A stretch of 32,000 nucleotides of DNA from Candidatus Saccharimonadota bacterium (lineage in GTDB: Bacteria > Patescibacteriota > Saccharimonadia > Saccharimonadales > UBA4665). Of this stretch, positions 28,531-32,000 are shown piece after piece. Each line of letters opens with the position of its first letter. Position 1 is the stretch's first letter. The translations under genes and the position numbers were made by a program. A model generated the notes under the pieces. It ran no database searches, was not told the origin of the DNA, and saw only the letters and a list, made by a program, of their open reading frames with translations. The stretch covers positions 1,194,309 through 1,226,308 of the forward strand of contig CP064992.1 of NCBI GenBank assembly GCA_016699935.1, written 5' to 3'.

Positions 28531-30303
28531 TCAACCCTGCAGCTCATACTGCTTGAGGCGCTTTGTGTCAGCGGCGGTGTGGCTTTGCTGTAGCTTGAGA
28601 AGTTCGTCGTACAGGCCACCACTTGTCGCGAGCTTATTTGGCGATCCTGTTCGTCAACCCTACCATTTTTGAGTGTAATAATCGTATCTACCGACTGGAT
28701 GGTACTGAGGCGGTAGAGCGATGATAAGGTCGTTCGTCCCGCATGGCCGTTCAGGTGCCTGATGAACGGGGTGCTCACTTTTGCTGTCGAGACTACTGGT
28801 CGCTTCGTCAAGGATGAGGATGGGCGCATCCTTCAGTAGTGCCGATGCGATGGCGATTCTTCACTTTGCCCACCGCTTAGCTTAAACCGTTGTACTATTC
28901 CGCCTCGTATCCTTTTCAAACTTCGCAATAAATTCGTGCGCATTGGCAGCTCTTGCAGCGAAAGCTTTTACTTGTTCGTCGGTTGCTTCGGGACGCCCGT
29001 AAGCAATATTTTCAAAACTGATCCACTAAAAAGTGCGGGCTCTTGAAACACCACGCTCGATGCTGCACGCAGACCAGCGCGAGACACTGTGCGTATATCT
29101 TTCCCGTCTATTTCGATCATACCCGACTGCTGCTGATACAAACCAAGAAGTAAGCTGGTGATTGTAGTTTTGCCCTCACCGCTCTCGCCTACCAGCGCCG
29201 TTTTAGTACCTGGAGATAGCCGAAAACTCACACCATTCAGTACCGGCTGTTTCACCTCATAGCCAAAAATAACATTGGTAAACTTCACCTCACCGTGTGA
29301 TGTAGTCGGCAGGCTACCCTGCTCTGACGTAAGCGATTCTGGTTCTTCATCCATGGCCGCAAAATAATCCCGGGTATTCGCCACCGCTCGCTGGCTTTGA
29401 TCTACTATGAAACTAATGCTGAAAATCGGCATGCGAATGAGCGCCGCATACTGTAGTAAAAGCACCATTGTGCCAAGACCATACTTACCATGGACTGCTT
29501 CTAGGCAAATGTAGGCGTAGACCGCTAGAAATATGACGTTCAAGACGAGCTTACGCTTGAAATCTTGACCATGCCAGAGCTTACTTTGCGGCCAAGTTGT
29601 CTGGACAATTGTGGCGTAGCGCTGCCTAAAAGACTGAGTTCGCGCTGCTCCTGCCCCAAAGCTTTACTACCTTTATTTGCCCGACAGCTTCCGGAACAAG
29701 CTAGTTGCGGCGTCCCTGATTCACCATTGATCGCTGTTTGGTAGGCGCCGTTTGCTCACCTAATTTCGGGTCGTCAGCCATATGAATATAGGGTACAAGG
29801 CGGCAACATAAGTGCACTTGCCAGGAATAAAACTAATGATCGCTAGAGATAAAATGGTACAAAAATAAACTGCAAAAGTTATTGGAAAAAGCCTGAGCAA
29901 AAGTTGTTATTTGATCTATGCTGCGATTGAGCTGGTTGAGGAATTTTGCCGCTAGCTCGCTGCATCGAAATAACGCTGAGGCAGTTTGAGTAAATGGGCA
30001 AAGTACCGCTCGCTCAGTGTCTTTCGCAAAACGGGCTTACAACTGGTCGCCAATGACGCCGCCGATATTGCTGAAGATGTTTTGGCCAAGATCGGCTAGA
30101 AAAATTCCGATTACCGCCCAGACAACCACCGTCGTACGGACATCCTGTTGACCGATAAGTTTCGTTATTTCATCGACAATTGTTTTGGTTAGTAGTGGCT
30201 GAACCTGGGTTGTGGCAGCCACCAAGATGGAAAATACCGCCACACCAAAGTAATAAGGCCACAATTCTTTAGTAAACCGAACAATCCTAAATAAACTCTT
30301 CAT
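28531..30303 (-). pseudogene. MsbA/MdlB-like ABC exporter (fused permease and ATPase), broken by roughly 10 or more frameshifts
   Basis: The N-terminal TMD piece is 30037-30303. Walker A is GESGEGKTT in 28968-29543. [12 protein letters not shown]-like Walker B and signature remnants lie in 28560-28960. The tail ...GGLYDELLKLQQ ends at the TGA at 28531-28533. No ORF of 60 aa or more lies between 29544 and 30036. Confidence 0.8.
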
Positions 30304-30370
30304 TTGCCCTCAGTATAGCAGTCGACCCAGTAGTTCTCTGATGGCAAAATATCTTTGCCACTAAGCCTCG

Positions 30371-30910
30371 TTACATGCCAGGGACTTGCAGCTGTGTCAA
30401 ATCGGTAAATGTAACCGTAGCAGGAGGGGTGAAAAATGACTCGTCAACATTCCAGCTGACACAACGAAAATCGTACGATTGCGTAGCATCTAAACCACCC
30501 TGTTTGGTAGCATTTGCGTTTGGCTCAGTTTTTGAAAAGGCAAATTTCAGTCCATTTTGCTGACTATCAAACCACATGTATTGAGCTGCGTCGGTAATAA
30601 TCATATGCACCCCAGTGGTAGCACCATCTTTAATCTGTGAAATATCATTGCGTAGCCGGCCAGATGAAAAGTACATTGTACCTGTGCCTCTTTCATCACT
30701 GTAGGTACATTTTTGTTCTGATTGGCTGATAAAAATTCCGAAATAGGAGCAGACTTATTGTCCGCCGACGAGACCGTTTTAGTATCTTGGGAGCTGCTTG
30801 TTTTGTAGATGCGATGAGTTTGTTTCGTCGTCCGAACGGGTCAAGACAAAACCCAATAGACCACCCGCCAAGACAACCGCTGCGACAATCCCAATGACTG
30901 TTTTTGACAT
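30371..30910 (-). CDS. Hypothetical membrane-anchored or secreted protein, with 1-2 frameshifts
   Basis: MSKTVIGIVAAVVLAGGLLGFVL (signal anchor) starts at the ATG at 30910, after GGAGG. It continues into the 101-aa ORF 30371-30676. Confidence 0.45.
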
Positions 30911-31031
30911 TTCTAGCGCCTCCATATTTAGTTGCTATGCTTGATTATACCTGTTTTGCTAGTCCAAAATTGTACAAAATATTACAGAAACAGATAGTCT
31001 CATGGTTTACGACCTAGCGCCGGCAATCAAG

Positions 31032-32000
31032 CTATAGTTTCGTAGCATTATGCTCATCTGATGCTGCTGTGGCAATTGCCACTAAGTATGTAACAACCTC
31101 AGTATCGGTAAGCGTTCGATCGTAGTTGACAGCTTTGAGACGGAGAGTGATGGTCTTGGTTTGGCCATCATCTGGTTGATAAATGCCTAGTGGTGTCAAC
31201 TCCAGTTTAAGTTTGTCCGATTGCAAATTTTTGAATAGCATTTGGGCTGTCGCAAAACATCACCAAATTTCGTATGGGCCGCAACTTTGAGAGTGAAATA
31301 TCTTGACTGAGGTGAGGGAAAACGCGCCAATGGCTGATAGCTATTGCCCCCACGATTAGCCGCATCTAACAGCCCTACGAAACCAAGTGGAAAACGCCGC
31401 CACATAGTCTGGCAGTTTGAAGGCACGAATGACTGACCGATTTAGTTCACCGACAAGCCCAGCAAAACACCATCGGTGGTATAGACTTCAGCCGAACGGC
31501 TTAGGTTAAACAATGCATGTGCTGCAAAATTACTAGCATTCTCTGAGTACGATACTCTATTTTCAGACCAATCCGAGTGGCTAGCTCGTCCACCAGACGT
31601 CGAACTTGGTAATATGCTGCACCAGCATGTGATTTTTAGCCGCATACACAAGCTCGACGTACTCGAGTTCTTTTGGCAATCCTTCGTCGTCTGAAAGATT
31701 TTTGTCATGCCCCTTACCCAGCTCGAATAAGGCAAATTCGTCGTGACCAGCTTTGATATTGCCGTGGACTTTGTCTAGTAGACTAGGCAGTACACTGAGC
31801 GGTAATATTGTAAGTCTGGGCTCAGAGCGTTGCCAAGTCTAAATGCCTGCTCAGGGTTTCTGGCCGGCGCCCATCAGGACGCGTTCATGGACAAAGCTGT
31901 AGGTTTTACCTCATTTGCACCGGCTCCAGAGAGTATTTGGCCAATTTTCGCTTCATTTCAAAATTTGGATTTTTCGGTGCCGGTTTCATGCTTCGTAGTG
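31032..32000 (-). CDS. pheT: Phenylalanine--tRNA ligase beta subunit, C-terminal part (the gene runs off the window end), with several frameshifts
   Basis: The terminal FDX-ACB-like domain reads LELTPLGIYQPDDGQTKTITLRLKAVNYDRTLTDTEV. The upstream pieces (31196-31426, 31442-31735) are collinear and protein-like. Confidence 0.75.

Overview
This 32-kb chromosomal segment is tightly packed and mostly minus-strand. Its housekeeping gene set fits a small-genome bacterium, CPR/Patescibacteria-like and possibly Saccharibacteria; that placement is inferred from gene content only. Genes I can recognise: dnaE (5' part), a YtxH/DUF948 pair, galU, gatC-gatA-(membrane ORF)-gatB, uvrB, a LOG-family protein and nadD. 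There is also a sugar-phosphate cluster (pfkB kinase, class II fba, transketolase split into N and C genes, rpe-like, two tandem rpiB, gap). The rest are two NUDIX hydrolases, ppa, a GDPD phosphodiesterase, an FNR-like oxidoreductase, trxB, an NrdH/glutaredoxin-like protein, two tandem FKBP isomerases, an MsbA-like ABC exporter and pheT (3' part). I recognised no rRNA, tRNA, cas genes, transposase or integrase. Standard code 11 fits, because intact genes end in TGA, TAA or TAG. About half of the genes are interrupted by frameshifts. Every break I could reconstruct by eye is a one-base deletion in a homopolymer run, so I read them as consensus errors rather than decay and give whole-gene spans. 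Points worth a second look: (1) four palindromic terminator-like hairpins with unique ~75-nt spacers upstream of the FNR-like gene; (2) intergenic elements with 7-nt periodicity that often form long hairpins, including a perfect 7x AGAGTTA tract; (3) a DinJ/YafQ-type toxin-antitoxin cassette bracketed by a 73-bp duplication of the uvrB 3' end; (4) a 420-bp ORF-free, hairpin-dense region I could not classify; (5) operon-first genes that look leaderless; (6) a trxB-coupled ORF with two in-frame TAG codons. I cannot name a complete novel multi-gene system from sequence alone.
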